From Candidatus Omnitrophota bacterium (GTDB lineage Bacteria; Omnitrophota; Gorgyraeia; Duberdicusellales; 4484-171), in NCBI GenBank assembly GCA_021735045.1, contig JAIPHU010000011.1, positions 5,466 to 37,465 on the forward strand: DNA of 32,000 bases, in the 5' to 3' direction. Position 1 is the first letter of the stretch, and each line of letters begins with the position of its first letter. The position numbers were made by a program, and so were the translations under genes. Positions 1-8,263 of this stretch are shown one piece after another. Below the pieces are notes generated by a model that was not told the DNA's origin, did not search any database, and saw only the letters and a list, made by a program, of their open reading frames with translations.

Positions 1-872
1 CACGTTATGGTTTAGTTGCTTTTGGCTCCAGTCTTGATCAAATTGGGCCAATTACAACCAATATAGAAGATTGCGCCCATCTGCTTAATGTTATATCTGG
101 TTTTGATAGTTCTGATTCTACTTCCGCTAAGCTAGAGCCTGGTGATTTCACAGAATCTCTAGGTAAAGATATAGCTAACTTAAAAATAGGTATACCTAAG
201 GAGTATTTTGACCAGGGCCTTGATCCGGAAGTTAAGAAAAAACTAGATCAAGCAATAGATTTTTTTAAGAAAAAGAAGGTAAAATTCAAAGAAATATCAT
301 TGCCTCATACCCAATATGCAGTGCCCACTTATTATATAATCTCTTCTTCCGAAGCAAGTTCTAATCTACAAAGATTTGATGGGATACGTTATGGAAAGCG
401 AGTTGAGGCGGATAACTTATTAAAAACTTATCAAAAAAGCCGGCATCAAGGCTTAGGTAATGAAGCCAAAAGACGAATTTTTTTAGGTACTTATAGTTTA
501 TCTAGTGGCTACTATGATGCCTACTATCTTAAAGCTTTAAAAGTAAGAAAATTAATAAAAAATGATTTTGATCAAGCTTTTCAGGAGTTAGATGCGATTA
601 TTACTCCTACTTCTCCTAGCCCTGCTTTTAAAATAGGCCAAAAAACAGAAGATCCTTTAAGTATGTATTTGTCTGATATTTATACTATTTCTTCTAATTT
701 GGCAGGAGTCCCTGCTATATCGTTGCCCTGTGGTTTTACAAAAAATAATTTACCGTTGGGGATGCAGCTAATAACAAAAGAGTTTGATGAAGCAACACTT
801 ATGAAGCTAGGATCTGCATTTCAGCAGGGTACAGATTTTCATAAAAAAATTCCGGAGTTAGGTAATGTTTGA
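1..872 (+). CDS. gatA: Glu-tRNA(Gln)/Asp-tRNA(Asn) amidotransferase subunit A, C-terminal part (5' end lies outside the window)
   Basis: The frame is open from base 3 (RYGLVAFGSSLDQIGP...) and runs into listed ORF 300..872. Stop TGA 870..872 overlaps the gatB ATG (865) by 8 nt. The gatA-gatB order is canonical. Confidence 0.9.
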   Translation, partial: RYGLVAFGSSLDQIGPITTNIEDCAHLLNVISGFDSSDSTSAKLEPGDFTESLGKDIANLKIGIPKEYFDQGLDPEVKKKLDQAIDFFKKKKVKFKEISLPHTQYAVPTYYIISSSEASSNLQRFDGIRYGKRVEADNLLKTYQKSRHQGLGNEAKRRIFLGTYSLSSGYYDAYYLKALKVRKLIKNDFDQAFQELDAIITPTSPSPAFKIGQKTEDPLSMYLSDIYTISSNLAGVPAISLPCGFTKNNLPLGMQLITKEFDEATLMKLGSAFQQGTDFHKKIPELGNV

Positions 873-2277
873 TACAGTAATTGGCCTTGAAGTTCATGTC
901 CAGCTGAATACTAAATCTAAAATTTTCTGTTCTTGCTCTACTCAGTTTGAAAGCCCGCCGAATACAAATATTTGTCCGGTTTGTTGTGGTTATCCGGGTG
1001 TTTTACCTGTGTTTAACCAAGAGGCTTTAAGGCTGGGCTTACGAGTTGGGATTGCTTTAAACTGTAAGATTAATAGCAGTATCTATTTTGAAAGAAAAAA
1101 TTATTTTTATCCCGACTTACCTAAAGATTATCAGATATCTCAATATAAAAGCCCTCTTGGCTATCAAGGTAGTTTGAAAATAGACGCTGGGAAAAAGATT
1201 GGGATAGAGCGAATCCATCTAGAAGAAGATGCAGGAAAACTGATACATAAAGGTAACTATTCTTTAGTTGATTTTAACCGCACTGGTATTCCACTTCTAG
1301 AGATAGTGTCTTTACCTCAGCTAACTAGTCCTAAGGAGGCCTTTGATTACCTTCAATCCCTGAAATTAATTTTACAATATATAGGGGTTTCATCTTGCGA
1401 TATGGAAAAGGGTTACTTGCGTTGTGATGCTAATATTTCTTTAAAGAAAAAAGATGCTAATATTTTTGGGACCAAAGTAGAGTTAAAAAATATGAATAGT
1501 TTCAAAGGGGTTAAAGCAGCCCTAGAGTATGAGATTAAAAGACAAACTAAGCAACTTAAAGACAAAAAAATAATTATTCAGGAGACAAGGCTTTGGGATT
1601 CAGACAAGTTAAAAACAATTGCTATGCGCAGTAAAGAAGAAGCTCACGATTACCGTTATTTTCCTGAACCAGACCTACCTGATTTTGCAGTACCAGCTGA
1701 GCTTATCAAACAAGAAAGAGAATCTTTAGAAGAATTGCCCAAAGCAAGAGTGGAACGTTTTATAAAACAATATCAACTTAGTAAAGAGGAAAGTTCTCTT
1801 CTTGTTGAGAATAAGCAATTAGCAGATTTTTTTGAAAAAGTTCTGGATTTTTTTAATGAACCTAAAAAAGTATATAAACTATTGTTCGGGCCCTTTTTAG
1901 AACAAGTTAAACTATTAGAAAGCGGTTTTAGTGGTATTAAAATTTCTGCCAAAGATTTTGCTAAAGTGGTAAAATATTTTAACCAAAAAAAGATAAATAA
2001 CCGCGGCGTTAAAAAAATTCTTGCTATAGCTGTACCGGAAAAAAAAGATATAGATAAAATAATCAAGGCTGAAGGGTTAATCCAGCTCTCAGATCAAAAG
2101 GGGCTAGAAGAGATAGCCGAAAAAATATTAGAAAATAATCCAAAAGCTATTAAAGAATATAAACAGGGTAAAACAAAAGCAATTCAATTTTTATTGGGGC
2201 AAGTCATGAAAGAAACAAGGGGTAGGGCAAATCCCCAGTTGGTTCGCAAAATTTTTGAAAGGAGGTTAAAGGAATGA
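865..2277 (+). CDS. gatB: Glu-tRNA(Gln)/Asp-tRNA(Asn) amidotransferase subunit B
   Basis: 470 aa. N-terminal VIGLEVHVQL, the CPVCxGxPG zinc-ribbon-like motif, EEDAGK, and a C-terminal GatB/YqeY tail (GQVMKETRGRANP). Confidence 0.95.
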   Translation: MFDTVIGLEVHVQLNTKSKIFCSCSTQFESPPNTNICPVCCGYPGVLPVFNQEALRLGLRVGIALNCKINSSIYFERKNYFYPDLPKDYQISQYKSPLGYQGSLKIDAGKKIGIERIHLEEDAGKLIHKGNYSLVDFNRTGIPLLEIVSLPQLTSPKEAFDYLQSLKLILQYIGVSSCDMEKGYLRCDANISLKKKDANIFGTKVELKNMNSFKGVKAALEYEIKRQTKQLKDKKIIIQETRLWDSDKLKTIAMRSKEEAHDYRYFPEPDLPDFAVPAELIKQERESLEELPKARVERFIKQYQLSKEESSLLVENKQLADFFEKVLDFFNEPKKVYKLLFGPFLEQVKLLESGFSGIKISAKDFAKVVKYFNQKKINNRGVKKILAIAVPEKKDIDKIIKAEGLIQLSDQKGLEEIAEKILENNPKAIKEYKQGKTKAIQFLLGQVMKETRGRANPQLVRKIFERRLKE

Positions 2278-3482
2278 GAAAAAGAGTTATTTTGTTTTTA
2301 TTGGTAGTTTTGGTAGTAAGTATTTTCGGTTATGGAGTAGGCCATTCTTTAGGGGAGGAAAAAGAAACCGCCTTAAAAAATTTAGATATTTTAGGCGAAG
2401 GTATAGCTACAATTGAAGATAAATATGTAGAAAAACAAAAATTAAAAGATATAATCTATGGAGCAATGAAAGGAGCCCTGGCTTCATTAGATTCTTATAG
2501 CCAATTCTTGACTCCTGATGATTATAAAAATTTAATAGTTGAGACTGAAGGTAAATTTGGTGGTTTAGGAATTGAGATTACAATTAGAGATAGTGTACTT
2601 ACCATAATATCTCCTATAGAAGATACACCAGCTTGGGAGGCAGGCATTGAACCTGGTGATATTATTGTTGAGATTGATGGGGAGTCTACTAAGGATATTA
2701 CTTTAAATGAAGCAGTTAAAAAATTAAGGGGGGAACCAGGAACAAAAGTTACCCTGACAGTTTTACATCCTAACCAACGTGAGGTTTCCGAAATTGAGAT
2801 AACTCGGGGAATAATTAAGATAGAAGATATTAAAAACAGTTCTATATTAGAGGATGATATTGGCTATGTTAAAATAGCTGAGTTTAGAGAATCTACCGCA
2901 AAGGATTTAGAGAGAGCATTGGCAGACTTAAAAAAGAAAAAATTAGCAGGGTTAATTTTAGATATGCGTAATAATCCTGGAGGGTTGCTTTCATCAGCGG
3001 TTGATGTTTCTAGCTTATTTTTAAAAAAGGGGTTAGAAATAGTCTCAATAGATTCAAGAAATCAAGAAAAGGTAGTTTATAAGTCGGATTCTTTTTCTCC
3101 GAAGCTTATAGAGATACCAGTTGTAGTTTTAATCAATAAAGGAAGCGCTTCTGGTTCAGAAATTGTAGCTGCAGCTCTTCGGGATAATAATCGTGCTGTA
3201 CTCATAGGAGAGACTACTTTTGGGAAGGGTTCGGTACAAACTATTATTCCTTTATCCGATGGTTCAGCTATGCGTCTTACGACTTCCCGTTACTATACGC
3301 CAGCCGGGATAAGTATTCATGAAAAAGGGATAAAACCAGATATAGTTGTTGTCAAAAAAGAAGTTACTGAAAAAGAAGATATATTTGAAAAACTAAAAAA
3401 AGAAAAGAATTTTGAATATAAAAAAGATTATCAACTAATCAGAGCTCTAGATTTGATGAAAGGCCTTCTTGTTTTACAATAA
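2274..3482 (+). CDS. S41 family C-terminal processing peptidase (CtpA/Prc-like) with PDZ domain
   Basis: N-terminal membrane anchor, PDZ region (GGLGIEI...GDIIVEIDG), S41 core motifs RNNPGGLL, GSASGSEI and TFGKGSVQ. ATGA overlap with the gatB stop. Confidence 0.88.
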   Translation: MRKRVILFLLVVLVVSIFGYGVGHSLGEEKETALKNLDILGEGIATIEDKYVEKQKLKDIIYGAMKGALASLDSYSQFLTPDDYKNLIVETEGKFGGLGIEITIRDSVLTIISPIEDTPAWEAGIEPGDIIVEIDGESTKDITLNEAVKKLRGEPGTKVTLTVLHPNQREVSEIEITRGIIKIEDIKNSSILEDDIGYVKIAEFRESTAKDLERALADLKKKKLAGLILDMRNNPGGLLSSAVDVSSLFLKKGLEIVSIDSRNQEKVVYKSDSFSPKLIEIPVVVLINKGSASGSEIVAAALRDNNRAVLIGETTFGKGSVQTIIPLSDGSAMRLTTSRYYTPAGISIHEKGIKPDIVVVKKEVTEKEDIFEKLKKEKNFEYKKDYQLIRALDLMKGLLVLQ

Positions 3483-3606
3483 TCAACGAATGTAGATAAT
3501 CATCAACGAATATACTAATCTGTACGAATATACCAATAGCATTCAAATATTCGTATATTTGTAATTGATTCGTACATTCGATGATTATCTTTCTACATTC
3601 GCTGAT
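3482..3606. repeat. Family A composite palindromic intergenic element, copy A1
   Basis: Terminal inverted repeats ATCAACGAATGTAGA (3482..3496) and TCTACATTCGCTGAT (3592..3606). Internally it holds tandem ACGAAT words on the left and ATTCGT words on the right. It contains the family 32-mer at 3502..3533. Confidence 0.8.
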
Positions 3607-3633
3607 GATAACCAGTTAATTAATGTAATTTAT

Positions 3634-4629
3634 ATGTATACTTTAGGAATAGAAACTTCTTGTGATGAGACATCTGTTGCTGTGCTAAAAAACTTAACAG
3701 TTTTATCCAATCTGACCATATCTTCTTTGAAGGCTCATAAAAAATACGGTGGAGTGGTACCTGAAATTGCCAACAGAGCCCATCTTAATAATATCGATAA
3801 AGTATTAAAGCTTGCTTTAGAAGAAGCAAAAGTTAAGATTGAGGCGATAGATTTAATAGCAGCAACTTATAAACCAGGGTTAATTGGCGCTTTACTGGTA
3901 GGCCTTAATTTTGCTAAGGCTTTATCAGTAACATTGAAGGTGCCTTTTATCGGAGTTAACCATCTTCATGCACATTTTTTTTCTCCTTTCTTAAACTATA
4001 AATATAAATTACGCTTTCCTTTTTTAGGCCTAGTAGTCTCCGGTGGACATACCAGCATCTATCAAATAGAGCAGATAGATAAAATAAAAATTATTGGCAG
4101 CACCCAAGATGATGCTTGTGGTGAAACTTTAGATAAAGTAGCCCTAAACTATGGATTAGGTTATCCAGGAGGTAAGGTAATAGATAAACTATTTGAGCCT
4201 AGGTATAAAAATGCATTTAAGTTTAAATGCGGCAAGAAAGGCCTAAATTTAAGTTTTAGCGGAATTAAAACTGCCTTAGCTTATAAAAAGAATGAACTTG
4301 AGAGTAAGAAGAAAAGATTGAGCCTTGATCTTAAAAAAAAGCTTTTGTCTTCTTTTCAATTTTCTTTGGTTGAAGCAATCGTAAAAACAATAGTAGAGGC
4401 TTCTAAAACAAAGGAGATTAAACGAGTTAGTTGTGGAGGAGGAGTTATAGCCAATAGTTTTTTAAGAGATCGATTAAAACAAGAACAAAAAAAAGAGTCT
4501 ATTAATTTTTTAATACCGCCTTTAGAATATACTCAAGATAATGGGGCAATGGTTGCAGGATTAGGTTTTTATTTGTATAATAAAAAGGGAGTAGCTAGTA
4601 GTTTAGCCTTAGCCGCAGGATCAAGCTGA
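3634..4629 (+). CDS. tsaD: tRNA N6-adenosine threonylcarbamoyltransferase TsaD
   Basis: GIETSCDETS, GVNHLHAH and VSGGHTS motifs. I place the start at ATG 3634 (MYTLGIETS...). The ORF-track extension 3565..3633 lies inside repeat element A1. Confidence 0.9.
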   Translation: MYTLGIETSCDETSVAVLKNLTVLSNLTISSLKAHKKYGGVVPEIANRAHLNNIDKVLKLALEEAKVKIEAIDLIAATYKPGLIGALLVGLNFAKALSVTLKVPFIGVNHLHAHFFSPFLNYKYKLRFPFLGLVVSGGHTSIYQIEQIDKIKIIGSTQDDACGETLDKVALNYGLGYPGGKVIDKLFEPRYKNAFKFKCGKKGLNLSFSGIKTALAYKKNELESKKKRLSLDLKKKLLSSFQFSLVEAIVKTIVEASKTKEIKRVSCGGGVIANSFLRDRLKQEQKKESINFLIPPLEYTQDNGAMVAGLGFYLYNKKGVASSLALAAGSS

Positions 4630-5057
4630 TGAATATTTTAACTACAGCATTTCGATTAATATTAGCTTTTATTTTAGGAAGTGTTATTGGCTATGAACGT
4701 GAGAGAAAAAAGCGCAGAGCCGGTTTGCGTACTCATATTTTAGTTTGTGTGGGCTCGGCTCTTATTATGTTGGTGTCTTTGTATGTATACCATCTTTACG
4801 GTGAAAGCGTAGCTATTGATCCGACCCGAATTGCAGCCGGAGTAGTTACCGGTATAGGATTTCTAGGAGCAGGGACTATTATTCGAAGCTCTGAAGGTGT
4901 AAAAGGGTTAACTACTGCAGCAAGCATTTGGCTAGCGTCTGCTATCGGATTGGCGGTTGGCTGCGGTTTTATTAGTGCAGCTTTGATAGCAACTTTTTTA
5001 GTTTATCTTATACTTTCTTTTTTAAAAAGAATAGAAAAAGAAAAAATTAAAAAATAA
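4629..5057 (+). CDS. MgtC/SapB family membrane protein
   Basis: 142 aa with several hydrophobic helices. The GYERERKKRRAGLRTHILV motif is typical of the MgtC family. Its ATG overlaps the tsaD stop by 1 nt. Confidence 0.8.
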   Translation: MNILTTAFRLILAFILGSVIGYERERKKRRAGLRTHILVCVGSALIMLVSLYVYHLYGESVAIDPTRIAAGVVTGIGFLGAGTIIRSSEGVKGLTTAASIWLASAIGLAVGCGFISAALIATFLVYLILSFLKRIEKEKIKK

Positions 5058-5084
5058 AAAAAGCATCTTTGATGAGTAAAGAAA

Positions 5085-5169
5085 ATCAACGAATTTACTA
5101 ATCTCTACGAATATACAAATTGTTTTATATTTATTCGTAAATTCGTAACAAATTCGTACATTCGTTGAT
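5085..5169. repeat. Family A element, copy A2
   Basis: ATCAACGAAT (5085..5094) is mirrored by ATTCGTTGAT (5160..5169). The 32-mer ATCAACGAATTTACTAATCTCTACGAATATAC lies at 5085..5116. The right arm is ATTCGTAA/ATTCGTAAC/ATTCGTAC tandem words. Confidence 0.8.
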
Positions 5170-5196
5170 GACAACCAATTAACAAGGAGGTTTAAT

Positions 5197-5679
5197 ATGG
5201 CAAGGAAAAAAGAAAAAATTCTCGATGTAGATGCGACCATGCAGGGGAGTTTGGTTTTTTCTGATCCGGTTAATTTAAGGATAAATGGAGAGTTTGATGG
5301 AAATTTGACTACTAAAGGAAGCTTAATTATCGGCGAAACTGCTTCTGTAAAAGCTCAGATTAAAGGAGAAAACGTAGTTATTTCTGGTAAAGTAAACGGT
5401 ACAATTAAAGCTGATAATGTTAAGTTATTTTCTACTTCTGAAGTTTATGGAGATATCCAAGCCGGTAAGATTTCTATAGAAGAAGGAGCAGTCTTTGATG
5501 GCAGATGCCAGATGTCAGACAATAAAGTTTCTTTAGCTGAAATTTCAGATTATTTGTCAGTAGAGAAAGACAAAATCATAGAATGGGTTGAAACTGACAA
5601 GATTCCAGTTGAAAAAGAAGGTAAAAAATTGTGGTTTGATCGCAGGAAGGTAGATCAGTGGATGGCCACCAAGACATGA
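5197..5679 (+). CDS. Bactofilin-domain protein with C-terminal excisionase-type helix-turn-helix
   Basis: Beta-helical bactofilin repeats (G.L.I.G...G.I....V.I.G.V.G.I) span about residues 15-105. The C-terminus LAEISDYLSVEKDKIIEWVETDKIPVEKEGKKLWFDRRKVDQWM looks like an HTH_17/excisionase fold. AAGGAGG RBS lies upstream of the ATG. Confidence 0.8.
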   Translation: MARKKEKILDVDATMQGSLVFSDPVNLRINGEFDGNLTTKGSLIIGETASVKAQIKGENVVISGKVNGTIKADNVKLFSTSEVYGDIQAGKISIEEGAVFDGRCQMSDNKVSLAEISDYLSVEKDKIIEWVETDKIPVEKEGKKLWFDRRKVDQWMATKT

Positions 5680-5708
5680 TAATAGCTAAAATGTAAATAT
5701 AAAATCAA

Positions 5709-5727
5709 TTCCCGACTCCAGTCGGAA
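5709..5727 (+). terminator. Weak hairpin downstream of the bactofilin gene
   Basis: CCGAC (5712..5716) pairs with GTCGG (5721..5725) over a 4-nt loop, with flanking TT/AA. It is followed by CTGTTTC, so there is no strong U-tract. Confidence 0.25.
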
Positions 5728-5782
5728 CTGTTTCAAACTATAACTAACTTCAAAAGTAAGAATAAACAAAAGGATTAAAAGT

Positions 5783-6088
5783 ATGAAGCCAAAATTAATG
5801 ACTACCAGAGAAGTTTCTCATGAATTAGGGTTGTCTGAAAAAGAAATAATTCAGTTAGCTCAAAATAACAATATTCCTCATTTCCGTATTGGAGGAGAAT
5901 TCTTACGGTTTAAAAAAGAAGACATAATAAAAATTAAACCGAAGATAAGAAAAAAGTATGGTTTAAGTGAAAATAGCCGCAGTTTGAAAAATAGGACAAA
6001 AGAATTTTTGTATTTTAATGATTTTTATATTGGGTCAGTTATTATAATAACTGCACTGTTATGGCTGATAGTAAAAGATTTTTTTTAA
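5783..6088 (+). CDS. Excisionase-type HTH protein with C-terminal transmembrane helix
   Basis: N-terminus MTTREVSHELGLSEKEIIQLAQNNNIPHFRIGGEFLRFKKEDI is HTH_17-like. The C-terminal hydrophobic stretch is FYIGSVIIITALLWLIV. Confidence 0.65.
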   Translation: MKPKLMTTREVSHELGLSEKEIIQLAQNNNIPHFRIGGEFLRFKKEDIIKIKPKIRKKYGLSENSRSLKNRTKEFLYFNDFYIGSVIIITALLWLIVKDFF

Positions 6089-6101
6089 GAGGGGGGAAAT
6101 A

Positions 6102-6422
6102 ATGGTAACCTTTGAGGATTTTAAAAAATTAGAACTAAAAATTGGGAAAATAATTAAGGTTGAAGAGCATCCTAATGCAGAAAAGTTGTATCTTTTGACT
6201 TTAGATTTAGGCCAAAAACAAATTCAACTGGTAGCAGGAATAAAACCTTTTTATAGTTTATCTGAACTAGAAGGTAAGCTTGTACCTGTTTTGGTAAATT
6301 TAGAACCGAAAAATATCCGTGGGGTTGATTCTCAAGGGATGCTTCTTGCCGCAGAATCTAAGGATGATGTTAGTATTTTGGTTTCGGATAAAGCCGTTGA
6401 ACCAGGAGCTACAATTAGATAA
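6102..6422 (+). CDS. tRNA-binding domain protein (CsaA / MetRS-beta / Trbp111-like OB fold)
   Basis: F.K.ELKIGKI..VE.HPNAEKLY...DLG....Q.V.GI pattern, then the NL.P...RGV.S.GMLLAA motif typical of the family. Confidence 0.8.
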   Translation: MVTFEDFKKLELKIGKIIKVEEHPNAEKLYLLTLDLGQKQIQLVAGIKPFYSLSELEGKLVPVLVNLEPKNIRGVDSQGMLLAAESKDDVSILVSDKAVEPGATIR

Positions 6423-6424
6423 AA

Positions 6425-6838
6425 ATGCTTAAAACTCATTATATTGAAAAAAAATTAAAGCCAGAATCAGATATGGTAGATATTACCCCTGATTTAGAAG
6501 AAATAGTTAAAAAAGAATCTTTAAAAGAGGCTTTATTATTTCTTTCTTCTATTGGCTCGACAGCAGCTATAACAACAGCTGAATTTGAGTCAGGCTTGAT
6601 TAAAGACCTAAAAGAAACCTTCGCTAAACTATTTCCTTTCAAAAAAGATTATTCTCATAATAATACTTGGGCAGATGATAATGCTCATTCCCATCTAAGA
6701 AGCTCTTTCCTAAAAACAAATTTTTTTGTTTCTATAACTAATGGGAAACTTGATCTAGGGACCTGGCAACAAGTGATTTTGATAAACTTTGATACAAAAA
6801 TAAGAAGCAGAAAAATTGCGGTTAAGGTTTTAAACTAA
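6425..6838 (+). CDS. YjbQ/UPF0047 family protein (secondary thiamine-phosphate synthase family)
   Basis: 137 aa. Family-typical HTTAAITT-like (STAAITTAEFE), NAHSHL and GTWQ.V motifs. Confidence 0.75.
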   Translation: MLKTHYIEKKLKPESDMVDITPDLEEIVKKESLKEALLFLSSIGSTAAITTAEFESGLIKDLKETFAKLFPFKKDYSHNNTWADDNAHSHLRSSFLKTNFFVSITNGKLDLGTWQQVILINFDTKIRSRKIAVKVLN

Positions 6839-6853
6839 ACAGAAAATTTGATT

Positions 6854-7432
6854 ATGGATTTAAACAAAAATATTAAAAACTGTCCCCTGATTTTTCTAGA
6901 TTTAGAAACTACTGGTTTATTGGTAGAAAGAAGTTCTATCTGTGAGGTCGCAGCTTTTTTAATTAAACAAGGCAAGATAGTAGATGAGTTCCACAGCTTA
7001 GTTCACCCTCATCAGAAAGTTCCTTATGCTGCGTTTTGCATACATAAAATTTCAGATAAAGATTTAATCGGTGCTCCTTATTTTGAAAATATTGCCGGTA
7101 ATTTAGTTAATTTTTTATCCCAAGGTATTCTTTGTGCTTATAATGTTGCTTTTGATCTAGGATTTATAAACTACCAACTAAAAAAAAATAATAGAGAATA
7201 TATAAACCCGCCCCTTATCGATGTATTAGCTATGGCAAAAAACATATTAAAGCTTAAAAGTTATAAGCTAGAGTCAGTAGCTAGGTTTTTTGGTTTAACT
7301 TCAAAGATACAGTTTCATCGGGCCAAAGATGACGCTTATGTAACCTATTTAATTTTTTCTAAATTAATTGAAATTATAGAAAAAAAAGAGCCGATGCAAG
7401 CTAAAGAGTTCATTAACCTATATGGTCTGTAA
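6854..7432 (+). CDS. DEDDh 3'-5' exonuclease (DnaQ / Pol III epsilon-like)
   Basis: Exo I (FLDLETTGL), Exo II (AYNVAFDLGF) and Exo III (HRAKDDAY) motifs. I start it at ATG 6854 rather than the TTG at 6848. Confidence 0.85.
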   Translation: MDLNKNIKNCPLIFLDLETTGLLVERSSICEVAAFLIKQGKIVDEFHSLVHPHQKVPYAAFCIHKISDKDLIGAPYFENIAGNLVNFLSQGILCAYNVAFDLGFINYQLKKNNREYINPPLIDVLAMAKNILKLKSYKLESVARFFGLTSKIQFHRAKDDAYVTYLIFSKLIEIIEKKEPMQAKEFINLYGL

Positions 7433-7530
7433 TCAGTGAATGTACAAAGATAATCAGCGAATATATAAATAAGAATAAATAAACATTCGTATATTCGTAA
7501 AGATTAGTAAATTCGTTGATAATGATTGAT
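7432..7530. repeat. Family A element, copy A3 (32-mer in opposite orientation)
   Basis: The reverse complement of 7489..7520 is ATCAACGAATTTACTAATCTTTACGAATATAC, matching 30-31 of 32 positions in A1 and A2. The left arm is ATCAGTGAATGTACA...ATCAGCGAAT. Confidence 0.8.
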
Positions 7531-7560
7531 TGCCAAATATTTCTATAAAGGGGAAGTTGC

Positions 7561-7589
7561 TTGATATTAATAAGAAAAAACAGTATAAT
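7561..7589 (+). promoter_or_regulatory. Candidate sigma70-type promoter for the Lrp/AsnC-aminotransferase unit
   Basis: TTGATA (7561..7566), 17-nt spacer, TATAAT (7584..7589). The roughly 88-nt leader contains hairpin GGAACAG/CTGTTCC (7631..7650). Confidence 0.5.
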
Positions 7590-7677
7590 TCAAATAAGGG
7601 TTAGAGGTTAAGAGCAAAGAAATTATGTAGGGAACAGGCCTGTCTGTTCCGTTAAGTATTGTGCAAGGAGGTTAAGA

Positions 7678-8160
7678 ATGGATCAAATTTTAGAGATTTT
7701 AGAGGATAATGCTAGATTATCTATAGAAGATTTAAAAAAATTAACTGGAAAGACTAAGAAACAAATCCAGTCAGCTATTAAAAAATATGAAAAAAAAGGG
7801 ATTATTGTTAAATATAAAACTCTAATTAATAAGGAAAAGGTAAAAGATTATCAAAAAGTCGTGGCTTTAATTGAAGTAGAGGTAAATCCTCAAAAAGATG
7901 TGGGTTTTGATCTGATCGCTCAAAGAATTTATAGGTTCTCAGAAGTAAAAAATTGTTTTCTTTTATCTGGGACTTATGATCTTTTAATTGAAGTAGTAGG
8001 CCCCGACATTAATACTGTAGCTAGTTTTGTCTCAGAGAAACTTTCTCCTTTAAGTTCAGTAAAAAGAACTGCTACCCATTTTATGTTGAAAAAATATAAG
8101 GAAGATGGAGTGGTTTTAGTGAAAAAAGATAAAAATAGAAGGTTACCGATAAGCTACTAA
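7678..8160 (+). CDS. Lrp/AsnC family transcriptional regulator
   Basis: N-terminal winged HTH (ILEILEDNARLSIEDLKKLTG) and a C-terminal RAM/AsnC domain (ALIEVEV...LLSGTYDLLIEV). AAGGAGG RBS. Confidence 0.85.
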   Translation: MDQILEILEDNARLSIEDLKKLTGKTKKQIQSAIKKYEKKGIIVKYKTLINKEKVKDYQKVVALIEVEVNPQKDVGFDLIAQRIYRFSEVKNCFLLSGTYDLLIEVVGPDINTVASFVSEKLSPLSSVKRTATHFMLKKYKEDGVVLVKKDKNRRLPISY

Positions 8161-8162
8161 TT

Positions 8163-8238
8163 AGCTCTTAGCTCATAGCTGATGGCTGATGGATTATAAA
8201 AAGAATAGCAATGAGCCATGAGCAATGAGCCATGAGCT
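8163..8238. repeat. Family C palindrome built of tandem heptamers (GCTCAT-type left arm / ATGAGC-type right arm)
   Basis: The left arm AGCTCTTAGCTCATAGCTGATGGCTGATGG is mirrored by the right arm GCAATGAGCCATGAGCAATGAGCCATGAGCT. By my alignment about 24 of 30 positions are complementary. Both arms have 7-nt periodicity. Confidence 0.75.
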
Positions 8239-8263
8239 GGTTCGATAATCACGGATTAGGAAA

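Noticed and set aside
3565-3633. N-terminal 23-codon extension of tsaD in the ORF track (MIRTFDDYLSTFADDNQLINVIY).
   Set aside because: The extension is encoded by the right arm of repeat A1. TsaD homologues begin within a few residues of the GIETSCDETS motif, which fits ATG 3634.
7590-7677. The leader upstream of the Lrp/AsnC gene, and other intergenic regions longer than 100 nt, as possible tRNA, riboswitch or T-box elements.
   Set aside because: No cloverleaf-compatible arms or conserved riboswitch cores are recognisable by eye. The leader is too short for a T-box. Only a single 7-bp hairpin (7631..7650) is present.
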